Positions 1 to 13,935 of a stretch of DNA of 64,000 nt are shown here, piece by piece. The stretch lies in assembly GCF_009914755.1 (NCBI RefSeq), contig NC_060933.1. One strand, given 5' to 3'. A program made the position numbers and the translations under genes. The stretch's first letter is position 1; the number at the start of each line of letters is the position of its first letter. The notes under the pieces are model-generated. The model was not told the DNA's origin. It made no database searches and was given only the letters and a program-made list of their open reading frames with translations. The DNA is from the human T2T-CHM13v2.0 reference genome, Homo sapiens.

Positions 1-67
1 TCTATATTATTTCTTTGATGTAAAGTATTGTAGCCTATAATATTTAAAGAATATACAGAATCTTTTA

Positions 68-197
68 GAAGAATCAATATCATTAAAATGGCTATACTGC
101 CCAAAGCAATCTACAGATTAAATGCTATTCCTATTTCACTACTAATGTCATTCTTCACAGAATAAGAAAAAACTATTCTAAAATTCATATGGAAAAA
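68..197 (+). mobile_element. Old L1 ORF2 fragment
   Basis: Decodes to a [36 protein letters not shown]-like L1 ORF2 segment. Confidence 0.85.
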
Positions 198-453
198 AAT
201 ATTGCTCTGATATAAAAGTTCATGCTGTAGGACACTAATTTGTTGATTAACCACAAACCCACTTTTTTAATGCCAAACAATTGTCTTCAATTCACAAAGA
301 AAGTTAAAACTAAATTTATCATACTGACATTCTTTCTTACGATAATCTCTGATTATTTAACCTCTATTCCTTCTGCTAAATCATTTCTTGCACATAAATT
401 CCTGCCTTTTACTATTTCTTCTTCTCGCACTCTGTCTCAGCTCCTGGCTCTAC

Positions 454-1637
454 TTTTTTTTTTTTTTTTTTTTTTTTTAAGAACTTTTAAGTTCAGGGGT
501 ACATGTGCAGTTTTGTTACATAGGGAAACGTGTCATAGGCGTTTGTTGTGCCTATTATTTCATTACCGGGGTATTAAGCCTAATATCCATTAGTTATTTT
601 TCATGATCCTCTCCCTCCTCTCAACCTCCACCCTCCAATAGGCCCCAGTGTATGTTATTACCATCTGTGTGTCCATATGTTCTCACCATTTAGCTCCCAC
701 TTATAAGTGAGAACATGCAGTATTTGGCTTTCTGTTCCTGCTTTAGTTTTCTAAGGATAATGGTCTCCGGCTGCATCCAACAAAGTCCTGCACAGGAAAT
801 GATTTTGTTCTTTTTTATGGCTGCATAGTATTCCATGATATATATGTAACACATTTTCTTTATGCAGTCTATTATTGATGGTCATTTAGGTTGATTACAC
901 GTTTTTGCTATTGTGAATAGTGCTGCAGTGAACATACACGTGCATGTGTCTTTATAATAGAACAATTCATATTCCTTTGAGTATATGGTAATAGGATTGC
1001 TAGTAATAGGATTGCTAGTAATAGGATTGCTGGGTCAATTTTATTTTTGTCTTAAGGTCTTTGAGTAGTCTCCACACTGTCTTCCACTGTGGTTGAACTA
1101 ATTTACACTACTACCAACAGTGTATAAGCATTCCTTTTTCTCCACAACCTTGCCAGCATGTATTATTTTTGACTTTTAATAATAGCCATTTTGACTAGTG
1201 TGAGATAGTGTCTCATTGTGACTTTAATTTGCATTTCTCTAATGATCAATGATGAGCTTTTTTTCAATATGGTTGTTGGCCGCATGTAGGTCTTCTTTTG
1301 AGAAGTGCCCTTTGCCCACTTTTTAATGGGGTATTTTTTTTTCTTGTAAATTTGTTTATGTTCCTTATACATACTGGATATTAGACCTTTGTCATAGGAA
1401 TAGTTTGCAAAAATTTTCTCCCATTCTGTAAGTCGTCTATCTGTTGATAATTTCTTTTGCTGTGCAGAAGCTCTGTAGTTTAATTTGATCTCATCTGTTG
1501 ATTTTTACTTCTGTTGCAATTGCTTTTGGCATCTTCGTCATGAAATCTTTGCCCACGCCTATGTCCTGAATGGTGTTGCCTAGGTTATCTTCCAGGGTTT
1601 TTTATAGTTTTAGGTTTTACATTTAAGTCTTTAATTT
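454..1637 (-). mobile_element. 5'-truncated L1PA13-16-type LINE-1 (3' ~1.2 kb)
   Basis: Poly(T) at 454-478, then the antisense L1 3'UTR (aacttttaagttcaggggtacatgtgcag) and ORF2 C-terminus (ORF 1163-1372). TSD ctggctct(a/t)ctt at 444-455 and 1638-1649. Confidence 0.92.
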
Positions 1638-2509
1638 CTGGCTCTTCTTACTTCCCTATCTAGGTTGACGCTTGGTCTACCTCTCCACACCCTCATCATT
1701 TCAGCCTTCCTTCAGTCTCACCACCCTGCTAATTAACAACTCCAGACCAATCTTACAGTCCATTTCCCCCAACCCAAATGTTATGGTGCCCAAATATGAT
1801 AGCTTGAGTTCCTTATTCATGAAATTCCTTATTAGTGGTTTCCTGCTCAATAATAAAAGTTTACTTCATTAAAAAAAAAAATAGGCATGAAAAGATAAGT
1901 GAGTAAATACCAGCAAGACAGCATGCTTCTGACAACTAACTTTGGCCCTTGTTCAGGAAGCGGAAATCTATATCTTCATTTGTTTGTGTTTAAAACTTAG
2001 GAGGACATAGGTGAGTGTCTAAATCATGGGGTGGAACATACCTGACCAATGATCACTTCAGATTCCCACTGGTCTGTAGGTCTAAAATAAACTTCACTCT
2101 TGGATATTCAACATTGGTATCTGGCAGTATACCCACTGATACTTATACTGCATATCTTCCAAATAAACGCAGTATTAGGTATTTCAAAGAAAGATACAAA
2201 TTTAATAATTATTTTAATAAAAGTCAGAACAGGTTAGGACTGACAGTCTACATACACTAGTGGAATCTCTGCTTTCTCAGGCCTATTTTAATCCCTTTCT
2301 CCTTGACATCTAAGACATACAAATGGTAGATTGTTGACAGGTAAATGATCATCAATGTGTTACCCGCATGCTTAATTCCCTGATGTATTTCCCTGTTAAG
2401 CCTGGATAAACATTCTAAAGCCCTTTTGCTTATTAAGCATCAAGTTTATCAGCATTTAAGCATCATACTCAGATCATAGCCCACCATAAAATGAAAACTG
2501 ATCACTTAG

Positions 2510-2916
<407 letters not shown>

Positions 2917-2918
2917 AA

Positions 2919-3226
2919 TTTTTATTATTTATTTATTTATTTATTTATTTAGATAGCACCTCACTCTGTTGCTCAAGGTGAGTGCAGTGGCATGATCATG
3001 GTTTACTGCAGCTTCAATCTCCCAGGCTTAAGTGATCCTACCACCCCAGTCTCCTTGAAGTAGCTGGGACTACAGGTATGTCCCACCATGCCTAGCTAAT
3101 TTTTTAATGTTTTGTTTTGAAGAGACAGAGATTCACTATGTTGCCCAGAATGGTCTCGGACTCCTGGACTCAAGCAGTCCTTCTGCCTCAGCCTCCCAAA
3201 GTGCTGGGATTACAGCACCATGCACC
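2919..3226 (-). mobile_element. AluJ
   Basis: (TTTA)n tail; J-type gatcatgg..tcaatctcccaggcttaagtgatcct and ctcctggactcaagc. Confidence 0.9.
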
Positions 3227-3252
3227 ACAAAATAATATTTAAAATAGAAAAC

Positions 3253-3658
3253 CGATATGGCTTGGATCTTTGTCCCCACCCAAATCTCATATCAAATCAT
3301 AATCCTCAATGTTGGAGGTGGGGCCTGGTGGGAGGTGATTGTATCAGGAGGGCAGTTTCTAATGTTTTAACACCATCCCCCTTGGTGGTGTTGCAGCAGG
3401 AGTGAGTAACAATGAGATCTGGTTGTTTAAAAGTGTGCAGCACCTCTCTGCACCCTTCCTCCTGTTGCGGCCATATGAAGATGCCTGCTCCAGCTTCACC
3501 TTCTGCCATGAGTAAAAGCTCCCTGAGGGCTCCCCAGCCATGCTTTGGTATATTGTGGAAATGTAAACTAATTAAACCTCTTTTATTTATAAATTACCCA
3601 GTCTTGAGTATTTCTTTATAGCAGTGGAAAAAAAAAAAAAAAAAAACAAGCTAATTCA
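3253..3658 (+). mobile_element. MST (MSTA/MSTB-type) MaLR solo LTR
   Basis: Starts (t)gatatggcttggatctttgtccccacccaaatctc; contains attaaacctcttt..aaattacccagtct; ends ctaattca; TSD aaaac/gaaac. Confidence 0.9.
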
Positions 3659-4059
3659 GAAACTGACACATTCACTTTACATTTAAGGGGTGGTTTAACC
3701 AAGACAAGTTCTCCATGGGAATTGACTACTAATATTTGAGAGAGGATCAATCTTCGTTTTCTTGGAAAAGATGTCATTTATCTTACATGCAAAAAGACGT
3801 TTTGTTAACCTGCAACTTTAATATCTAGAAAATAATTCCATTGAAGGTAGCTTTAAAGAGAGCTCAAATATCTCATCTTAAATGAGAAAGAAAAATGAAA
3901 CAAATGAAGCTCTTATAGGCTTTGCATCCTACATAGTTATTATGTTCTTCATTTTATTTTCAGTAATGTTCTCTCAAAAAGTAGTTTAATTTCACTACCT
4001 CTATTTCCAAACCTTTCATCACACCTTGTATATGAGAGTCTATCTACAGACATTGATAT

Positions 4060-4960
4060 GTCTGAAATTGCCAATGACCCTCATATTTATAATTCCAAAT
4101 GCAGACTTGAATTTATTTTATCTGTCACATCTCATATTTGGTTCTACTGAACATGAGTACCATTTTACAACTTATCTCCTGATTTCCATGATGCTACTTT
4201 TCTCTTGTTTTCTTCCTGTAACTCTATTTATTCCTTCTTAATTATTGACCATGTATATCTCATGAAATTTCTTCTCAGGACTTCATCTTTAACATTTTGC
4301 CCTTATCATTCTACAACATCTCTCATGATGGCCTAATACAAAGCCATAGCTTGAATAATAACCTATTACTGATAAATCCCAAATATATAGCCCCCAAATT
4401 GGACATTTTTACATCAGTATCCCAAAGACACCTTTGATTCAACTTGTGAAAATATCCAATTACCTTTATTCTATTAATTTGATTTTGTGTTCTCTATCTC
4501 AGTGAACAATAACAATAGATAACATTGATTAAGCACTTATAATGTATCTTACACTTCTGATATCTTATGTAGTTACTCCACAACCTCATATTGGAGATAC
4601 TAATATTATCACCATTTTGAAAATCACAGAACTGATCCTCAAAGAGGTAAAGTTACTTGCCTGAATTCACACAGCTAATAATTATTAGAGTTGGGACCTG
4701 AACAGACTGCCTGCACACTTCAACATTACACCTTGAAAATATTTGCCCAGTTGCACAAATCAGATAATTTGGACTCACTTTATATTTTTCTTTTATTCAT
4801 CTATTCTCAGAGAACTGTAATCACTTAGTTCTCTAGATTATGGGTATAAAATGTTGTATTATTATTGTATCTATTCCCTCCCCTCAATCCCTATGGCCCT
4901 GACCTTGGTTTATATCCTCATTTCTCTCCCAGATTGTTTTAACAATTATTGCCCTTTACA
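4060..4960 (+). mobile_element. Degenerate L2 fragment split by a MIR
   Basis: L2-like ttccatgatgctacttttctcttgttttcttcc and cccagttgcacaaatcagataatttggactca segments flank the MIR. Confidence 0.55.
4506..4732 (-). mobile_element. MIR
   Basis: Antisense core actgatcctcaaagaggtaaagttacttgcctgaattcacacagcta. Confidence 0.8.
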
Positions 4961-5629
4961 CTAGCCTCTAACGCTGACGATAAACTTTAATCTCTGACCT
5001 TGATTCCAAACACTTTATTCTTTTGTTGCTTACAGTGAGTCTAGGTACAAAAATGTATGACTATGAAAAAAGTTACCCTAAATGCCATCTTAGTTTTTAA
5101 TTGGCTACATGAAAAAGATGTACAGGCATGTACGTAGGTTTGTTGTTCACAAAACTCTTCCTATCCCTATAACTCAATTTCCTATAGAATTAAATTCAAA
5201 TCATCAAAATTATAATTGAATTCCTGAAAAACTTGAAATCATCTACAAAAATTATGAAATAAAAGTGATCATCCTATTTCTACTGTGACAATTTAAAACT
5301 TTAATTTGAATCAACAGAAAATGAATACAAAGAAAGACCATAATTTATTTGTCAGGTAAAGACTGAAAAATCCCAATTGTCCATGTCCCTATAGCCAATT
5401 ATTTGAATGCTATGTCAAAATAAAGTTTTGAGGAAAAAGGACCTATATGAGTTTTCTCGACCAAAATGTAAGGTATATAAATCTCTATTATCTGTGTATG
5501 TTTACATATATACAATAGAAGTTGCAATTAAAATGGTGAAAGTTACACAAGTAAGCTAGATTACTACTATGTATTCAAACACACTTTAATTTCCACCTGA
5601 AAAACATTTTCCTTATATAAAGAACACTT

Positions 5630-5770
5630 AGCTTATGAACTAAAACTCCTGGGTTAAAATGTCCTAGCTATCTGTGTTCTAAGGAAAGTCACTAAGTATG
5701 GCCCTCAGTTTTCTTTTCTGGGGGAAAAAAAAACAAAGGGGTATGATTGTACTACATGAATTCTAAGACT
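5630..5770 (+). mobile_element. Degenerate MIR
   Basis: ctgtgttctaaggaaagtcactaag..cctcagttttct core-like sequence. Confidence 0.5.
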
Positions 5771-8700
5771 TTTTTTTATTATTCTGCTTTAACCCCTTCT
5801 GATTGAGATATATTTATCAAATTGGATACGACTGCTTTGGTATCATCATGTGAATCATAGAGAGGACAAAATTTAAAGATGAAAACAATCAATAAAACAA
5901 TATTATGTCTGTTTGGCAAACAAAGAATATGAGACATCTATGATTTAAAATTTGAGCTTCACAATTTTAATTATTCTAATTTCTAAGGAAAATATTCAGA
6001 AGCTTAAATGCCATTCTCCTAAATTGCCTTTAGTTCAAGGGCATAGCAGTCAGAATTTCAAAGGCATGCACGTTGTTTTCAGCAATGCATGGCTTTGCTG
6101 CAAAGTGAGGATAGGACTGGAATGAAAATAGTGAAAGACAGCAGCAAAATCAGTGTTTGGTAGGTAATACTCTATCTAGAAAAATAAGCTCAAATTAGAG
6201 AAAGAAGTAAGGTGAGCAAGCTTTTTTTGGTTAAACGGATTCATAAAAATGAATGTGCTGTTGACCAGAGAACCCAAAAGTCTTCCCATTTTGTTGTCGT
6301 TTGATGTTATTGAATTAGGAACACTGACAGTTTTTATGCATGCTGGATGTAGCTTTGAATAAATGGATAGCCATCCAGCACATTCAACAATCGGTCGAAA
6401 CATTTTAGATACACCTAATAAGGGGTACGAGGAGCAGATGTGCTTCTGCCCAAACTACATACTGAGAATTCCAATTATACAGGCAGCCAAATTACTATAA
6501 CCTAATTGCCACTACCCTGAGTGTGGGATGCAATCACTGCTTATTCACCCTTGTTTTTCCAAATAACCATTAGTGATCCTCTCAACAGACTATCCAGCTA
6601 TGTAGGGAGAATCAGCAGCAAGCTACTTAGCAACGAGAGGCTATATTTGGTTTCTGCAGACTTGTTTATGGAACTCACATAGTTAACTTCTTCCTAAATC
6701 AGTGGTCATGGGCTAAAATGGCTTAAACATTTTCTTCCCTAGCAAGAAAAGATTCTTTTAAAAATGAGAGAGAAACAATGAAAGAATCTAGTAAAAATGT
6801 ATTAAATGCAAAATTAAATTGAGCACTGATAAACCTCACTTTTAAAGGTACTTTATCAAATTGAAATGTGTTCTTCCATCTCAGTTTCACACAAAGTGCA
6901 ATATGTGCTATTTGAAAATTAGATAATCTGCTTAAGAGCTATTATTGGGCAACTCCACCCTCTTGCTAACCAAATTTACTGTAATGTGGGTGAGACTGCT
7001 TTTTCTTTCACAATTTCTATTTGTTGTTTTGAAGAGTGATACATTTTTAAATGTTTTTCATTTGCTTAAAGTAAATGTATTTCACTGTTTTTGAAAAACA
7101 AGAATGTAAAAACATAATTTTTCATAAAAGCATATGCTTTCTCTAAAAGAAAAATATATTTAAACAACTCACAAAAGCACATTATGCAGTAGTGAAAGAA
7201 AACAGCTTTTAAATATAACTATTGTAAATGATATTTTGTTTTTTCATGCCCACACAAAAATTTGTCATTTGAGACATGTGTAGTTGTATATTGAGGTAGT
7301 TTGAAATTATGTGAAAGACTGACTATATCCTTGAAGAGGTTTCAATTTTTATTTTGAATGTGCTAGAAAGTAAATAAATAGAAATGTGAAATTCAGTGGA
7401 ACTGATTTCTAGGAAAATAAGGCCTAAAAAGAAACAGACTTTTAGATCTTATTTACAGAAAGTAGTTTTCTGAGTAGGTCAATAACCCACTTTTTAAGGA
7501 CCTAAAATAAGATAGGACTACTGAAATAAGCATATTATGTTTTAGAGCAACTATTTCAATTTTTTTTTTATTTTCTACTGTATAAAATCAAGGAGTGGAG
7601 AAGGTGCAAAATCCTTCAATTACCTTGTTATATTAGAGACTTTACTAGATTCATTTAAAAAGTGTAATATGAGCAAGAAACATAAAAAATCTCATCAGTC
7701 TAGGTATCAATGTTATGAAAATGTCACTAACTTATTTAATTTTACTGAAATTATAATTTTCTTTGCACAATCATATACAGAAAATGATTAAGCACTTTTA
7801 CAAAATTGCATTGCTTTGGACAAAGAAAAAATTCATTTCTTAAAGTTAATGTAACTTAAATAAGATATAAACTTTAGATCTATGCTGTATCCCATTAGGA
7901 GTTGCCTTCCCTGTGAATCCTAAATATAACATATGATCTCATCTGCTCATGGCAAAATAACATCCTCCTTAGAAGCACATCTTCAGTGACAGAATTTCTG
8001 GAATGTATTCCTAGCTGAAGTAAAGCAGCATCTGCAGTACTACACAATCGTCCTCAGAAGTATTGCTGTTTGGAAGCAGAATGACAATGAATAATGTTAA
8101 GAAATAGGGCACTGCCCCTGTGGGAACACAGCAGCAGAGGTAGCAAAATGCTAAAACTTTCGACTGCTTTTTTCCAGAGATTTAAACACTGGCAAATAAG
8201 GCCCTGTAGGCATATAAAAGATAAGAGCAAATTTAACCCCCTTTTCACCTGTTCAGCTGCCACAGGGGTCATTTCTCTATGTGTAATTTAAAATTTGTTC
8301 CATTTCTGCCATACTATTATGCAGTTCTGAGGAATCAGCAAAAAGAGGCATGCGGAGATAGAAGACTCAGAGATGAATCCTCAAAGTAGATTAATCTATT
8401 AAATGCAATCTATTAAAGCACCATAGATTGCCAACTTACACAAAGGTAGCTCTATAGAGCTGCAGAAAAGAAACCTACCTGTCCAGACCATTTCCTGAGA
8501 ACCCAGAATTCTGCTAGCCCTGCTCTAGGGTAGAATTCCACCCTCAGCACTTTTAGACTATTGCCATATGCTGGGATCCTTATTAAGATGCAGTTACCCT
8601 CAGGAAAGGTAACAAGCAGAGCTACTAGCAGGACTACTAACACATTAGTGTTGGTGAAGAAACTGACAGAGATGATGCTGATTGTGGAAGGTAAAATACA

Positions 8701-9009
8701 AAGAACTGAGAAAATTGGAGGACCACCAGATGAGGGAGATGCAAATAGAAAGACTGAAGGCTACATTGGTAGGTGTAGCTTGGCACCAACACTAGCATAC
8801 ACTGTCCTTTTCCCCACCAGACCTCATTCAAATAAATCTAAATGACAAGTAATTATCCAGAATTTTAAAAATCTTGACAATAATTTATTGCAAATGGAAA
8901 GAAAATTTCCAGGAAATTATTTCTTTACCTAATATGAATGTATTTGTGAAAAAGTCTTTGAATCCCTATAACATGTAAACAGTTGAAGAGTTTAATCTAA
9001 GAGATCAGT

Positions 9010-9173
9010 AAAGAAAGAACACTGAATTTTAACTGAGAATACTTGAGTTCTAATCTGAGTTCTAACACAAATCAAATGTAGTCATTCATTGGATATTTCT
9101 GAATTAAATTTCTCATCTACACAAACAGAGGGCAGTAAGAGCAGGTAATCTCTAGGATATAATAAAGCTCTAA
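9010..9173 (+). mobile_element. MIR3-like
   Basis: gaaagaacactgaatttt..cttgagttctaatc..tttctcatct..taatctctagg. Confidence 0.55.
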
Positions 9174-9529
9174 AGACACAAAGCTATAGAAAATAAAATG
9201 TTTTCTGGTTGTGAATTAAAAATACAAATGTGATATTGCCTCTCTGATACACTTAGGCATCAGTTTTTATAAAACCTGCAATTTATATGTAAAACTAGTA
9301 TCTTATTAGTTAAATAATCAAAGTGAATAAAATCACATGGGTTTGAAAGGTAGCATATCCATTGCTTTACTTAGAGATCAAAATGATGCTTGATAAAGAA
9401 AGCCATTTTCATATTCCAACTATAAAGCCCTCTCTTTAAATGTGATGTTTTATCTATGGGGAGTATTGCAGAAAACAAAGGCTGGCTATTACTCCTGGTA
9501 AAGGAGTAAAATCCTATAGCTTAGAGATC

Positions 9530-9705
9530 TTTGCCTTCTCTCAATGAAACTCTATGGGATTCAGAGGTAAATTTGGAGTTCCTATGAGCCTTCTAAAACT
9601 GTCTGTAAAATTTTGTGTGAGGTGCATATGTACATTTTTCTAAGATGTTTTATAGTTTAGGTCCACAATTCAGAGTGTTTTATGATGCAAAAAAGGTGAG
9701 ATGAT
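9530..9705. mobile_element. hAT-Charlie-like MITE remnant
   Basis: aaattttgtgtgaggtgcatatgtacatttttc..aaaaaggtgaga; a related copy lies in opposite orientation at ~40.6 kb. Confidence 0.45.
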
Positions 9706-10629
9706 GGTTCACACCTAAAGATCAAAATGATATAAAGAAACAAGAAGAAATATGATGTTGCCAAGGAGACATTCTAGGTAAGGATGAAGCCACTGGTGCT
9801 GCAGAATCATCCCTTGATTATTTCATGTAGGATCTACCTGCACACAGCTGCAAAATTCCAAAGTCTATTTTATCTTTAGTAAGATAAATATCCAAATTAG
9901 TGAGTATACAAAATGACTTGCAGTTCCAAAACAAGTATTTTGATCATAAGCTGTGAGAATTGTGATTTATATTAACTCTTCTATTCTGATTACTGGCTAT
10001 TTTTTATTATTTGTAACACAGAGACAAAAGCTCAGAATTTGTAACAAATATTTAGAGCCTTCAAGTTCCCTTTGTAGAGGGTCTAACATGAGAGAGAGGA
10101 GGTCTGTCTCAGGAATGTCATGAAAGATACCAGGGGAAGTTGTTTCTTGTTCAACACCCTGGCCATCTACTGTTGAAGACATCTATAATTCACTGGAACT
10201 GTGAATGTGTAGAATGGATATTCTCCCTATAATTGTGTTTCTGAGTATTTTCAACATGAGTAAGAGAATAAGGTCTATGAGTTTTTCTCTAAAATAATAC
10301 TTTCTGATTGAATAATACAGAGGACATAATAGATTATCATCAAATTTTAGAGGATATAAATTATGCTACTAAATTTTTCTTTATATTTAAAAATTGTTCA
10401 GCGATGAAGCCTTTGTTCTGATTTACTGTGCTGGCTCTATACCCCAGGATAATATGTTTTCAGATGTAAAAATTGGATCAGACTTAGTTGATAGTTATAT
10501 TTCTTCATAAAAAGAGAACAAACAGAGGTGTTAAAATCATTGCTATCTGAACAAATGTACAAAGTAGCCACAAATACAGGGAATCTAGATTTGAGAATTA
10601 TCAAATAATTTGCTCTCATTTTTCATTTC

Positions 10630-10792
10630 TCAGTGTTCTCAAACATTATCTCATTTAATTGTCGCTAGAACCATATTAGATCATTAATATCATACACAAT
10701 ACACAGACTAAGAAATTAAAGCTCAGGGAGGCTGGGAAGTTTTCTGAAGTTTTCAGAGAGAGTAAGTAATAGAGCTGAGACTGGAACCCAAA
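10630..10792 (-). mobile_element. MIR
   Basis: attatctcatttaat..acagactaagaaattaaagctcagggagg..agagctgagactggaaccca. Confidence 0.7.
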
Positions 10793-13239
10793 TTAAAATT
10801 GTTATTATTATAATCACACAGCAGCACAAACCTTCAGAAGCTATGGGATAGATTTTGCAACTTCATTGGAATAGACAAGACATGATTTTAGTTATCATGG
10901 GCTCAGTATCCATTACACTGACATTTTGGGACAATTCAATATTATCTCTCCCTTTCACTATCAGTTTATGAGTCATTTCAATGAGAGTCAACTAATAATT
11001 ACAGTTCCAGAATCTCTTTCATATTGCAGCATATAGAGGCTACTCTCTATGCTGTTCCAGATGGTATGCATAGTCAATGCAGAAATTGCTCACTATGTAT
11101 TTTGGGAAAGAACATTTATTCAAGATTCAGAGGTCAAAATGAGGTCTGGTAATCATCTATGAACTAATTTGCTCATCCTGTTTTTAAATTTGAATTATTA
11201 GCAGACAGTTCAGAAAATATCTATTTTAACTTTTCTTTGGCCAAAGTAGTATCCCTTTATTAACAGGCAAATTTGTTCAGAAGTTTCTTAAATAAAAATA
11301 ATATTTTTTTGGAAAAACATTTTAACAATTAGCAAAACACTTAAAATGGGAAAATAATGTTTACATATTAGAACAGTGACATAGAACTGAATTCATATAA
11401 ATTGAAAGTCTTGGGACAAGCAAATTAGCATCTGTATAAAGTGGCTACCGTATTTTCTATATCTGTACTTAATCTGAATGAAAAATAGCCTTGATTATCA
11501 AGGATTGTTTATATTGCAACTTTAAAACAACAAATGTGACCTCAGAAGTATCCATCTAAACAATAAGATATTTTTTATATTCACTATCTGCCTTTAGGTG
11601 TATATGTTTCAGCTATCATTTTGAGAATAATTTCTAGGTTATTTGGAGTAAATGTAAAATGGAATGAATAAAATACATTTAGCTAATATACTCTTAAGAT
11701 CCACAAAACCATACTGTATGATAATCATTCCTATTTTAAATATATAGCTTATTTGATATAATTCCATAATATATAAAGATGACTACCTCAGATAACATAT
11801 CTCATAACAAAGCAAACGTTTGCTACAAATGCTTTGCCACTAGTCTGTGCTGTTGTATCAGAAACATTTATTTTCATCAAATGATTTTTTTAAAAGGAGC
11901 TAGCTGCATTTATTCTGTGTTAAGAATCACAATTGTATGATACCTCATGATGTTTTCAATTTTCTATAATATTGGGGAAAATCGTCAATTAAAACTAAAT
12001 ATAAATCTATCAATGGTCCTTTTTGTTTCTAAATCCAAGAAAGATGGCATTTTTAATACTTATTGTTAAACTAGAAAATATGAGGCATGATAAGCTACAA
12101 AATAATACCTTCCTTTAATTTGATATACAGAAATATTCTAGCAGCTGGATTTTGCTAATGATCAACTACTTTGCACACATTACTAACAAATCATCATTAA
12201 GCGGCTTTTCCAGATGACTTCATTAGTGACAATAGATAAACACACAAAAGTACAAAGCATTAGAGATAATTTCAATATTATATTCTGCTTTATCTAATTA
12301 TTTTCTCAGTTATCCATACAATTTTTAAGATTTCCCTGGGTAAAACACAACTGCATCTTTGAACTTCTAACATTTTATCTTAGAAAAATTTCTTATAGTT
12401 CACTGAGGAATTTGAGAAACTTAAATTATAGCCACAATATTCAAAGTTGTTTCAGGGATTTAGAAAAATATGGACGTTTAAAACCAAAACTAATCCTGTA
12501 ATCTTTTTTTACCTTTAAAAAATTATTTTTCAAAATTCCCTACATTGATTTTTCTAGGCACATGTCACTCTGAAAAACAGAATGAAAAATATTAAAGATT
12601 ATCAGAAGTTGCCTCGGATGCTTCAATGTTTCTCACAAAACAAGGCATATCTAAATATAGATGTTATTTACTTGCAACTATGCAATGGTTTGTTTTAGAG
12701 AAAAATACATTCAATTAAACATGGACCACTTACTTGAAATGATAAGATGGATGATTGCACTCAGAGAGCAATTAATATTCCTCACTCAATTAATAAAGAT
12801 TCACAAGTATATGCTGTTATTCTGAATAATATTTCTATAGTGAAGACAAGTTAGTTTAGGCAAATGCCTTCCTTGTTTAAAAATGGAAATACCACGAAAA
12901 CTGAGCTAGTCTCAAAACATCACGACACCTGTCATATAAAAATGTGTTTTGCACACTCAGTGAACAACAATTACAGACATCCAAAGTGAAATATTTTATT
13001 GATAATAAGTAGATCAAATATGCATGGAAATTGTATATTCAATTTTAAATGCCAAGGACATTTTGTTCCCATGAGTGTTTTACTACATAAACATCTTTTT
13101 CTATCTTGTATGACAAAGAATGATTTTTAAGAGTCAGCTCACCTATAGTTTGAATATTTCCACCTATAGCATACGTAAGTTAAAATTATTATTTTGTGAA
13201 CATAAAATTACAATGTTTGAAGACTACAATATGAAGGAG

Positions 13240-13470
13240 TGGCACTGGTGTGCAAATCTCTGCTCCAAACCTTTAATAAATATATTGATCTAGGATTGTA
13301 TCCTAATCTATCTATATTTTAGTTTCCTCATAGGTAAAATGAAGATAAAATCAACTAACTGTGTGTGTGTGTGTGTGTGTGTGCGTGTGTGTGTGTGCTT
13401 GTGTGATAATGCCTGTAGATATTTTAGCATATCTGGCATTTGCTGAACACACAATGATTGTTAGATATAT
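13240..13470 (+). mobile_element. MIR with internal (TG)n
   Basis: agtttcctcataggtaaaatgaagataa core. Confidence 0.6.
13360..13405. repeat. (TG)n microsatellite
   Basis: Direct reading. Confidence 0.95.
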
Positions 13471-13729
13471 GTTACAATTATTTATTTCATTTTATTAGTT
13501 TGAATAAATAAAATTCTGAAGAGCAAATCAGGCTCTACAAAATGTAGCCAAGGAAAATATCTTCCTTGTGTTTGCAATTTAGCATCCCTCAACTTTTGTT
13601 TCAACACTGCCCACATACTTTTTTGTTCCCACCTCTATGGCTCCAACATTTATACCCCTGCCAAAATTTGTGTTGACTCTATAACTATGTAAACATTGAA
13701 ATTTCATTTTTTCTTATGGTGCATCACTG

Positions 13730-13935
13730 CAATAGGAAAACACTGGGAAATTAAGTTTTATTCTCACAGTGTTAATTTGTTTACTTCCTTGAAAAATCAG
13801 GTGGGTGACCATAGGCAATTCATTTAATTTGACTCAGACATAATTATTTCATCTACCAAAGACAACTACTAACTTCTCAAAATTGGTGCAAGTGTGGTTA
13901 AATGGGCTAATAGAGGTAAAAAGCCTAGCACAGAA
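13730..13935 (+). mobile_element. Degenerate MIR
   Basis: gtgaccataggcaattcatttaat..gtaaaaagcctagcacag. Confidence 0.5.

Noticed and set aside
1852-1881. AATAAA followed by A11, suggesting a retrocopy 3' end
   Set aside because: No recognisable upstream mRNA homology and no TSD found
3628-3646. A19 tract inside the MST LTR end
   Set aside because: Best explained as expansion of a short A run; the LTR terminus continues after it
8434-8476. 20-nt minus-strand microexon candidate around palindrome agctctatagagct
   Set aside because: Not frame-preserving; no supporting context; expected by chance
12507-12598. 57-nt minus-strand acceptor/donor pair
   Set aside because: Very AT-rich, stops in all frames, modest donor; likely a pseudoexon
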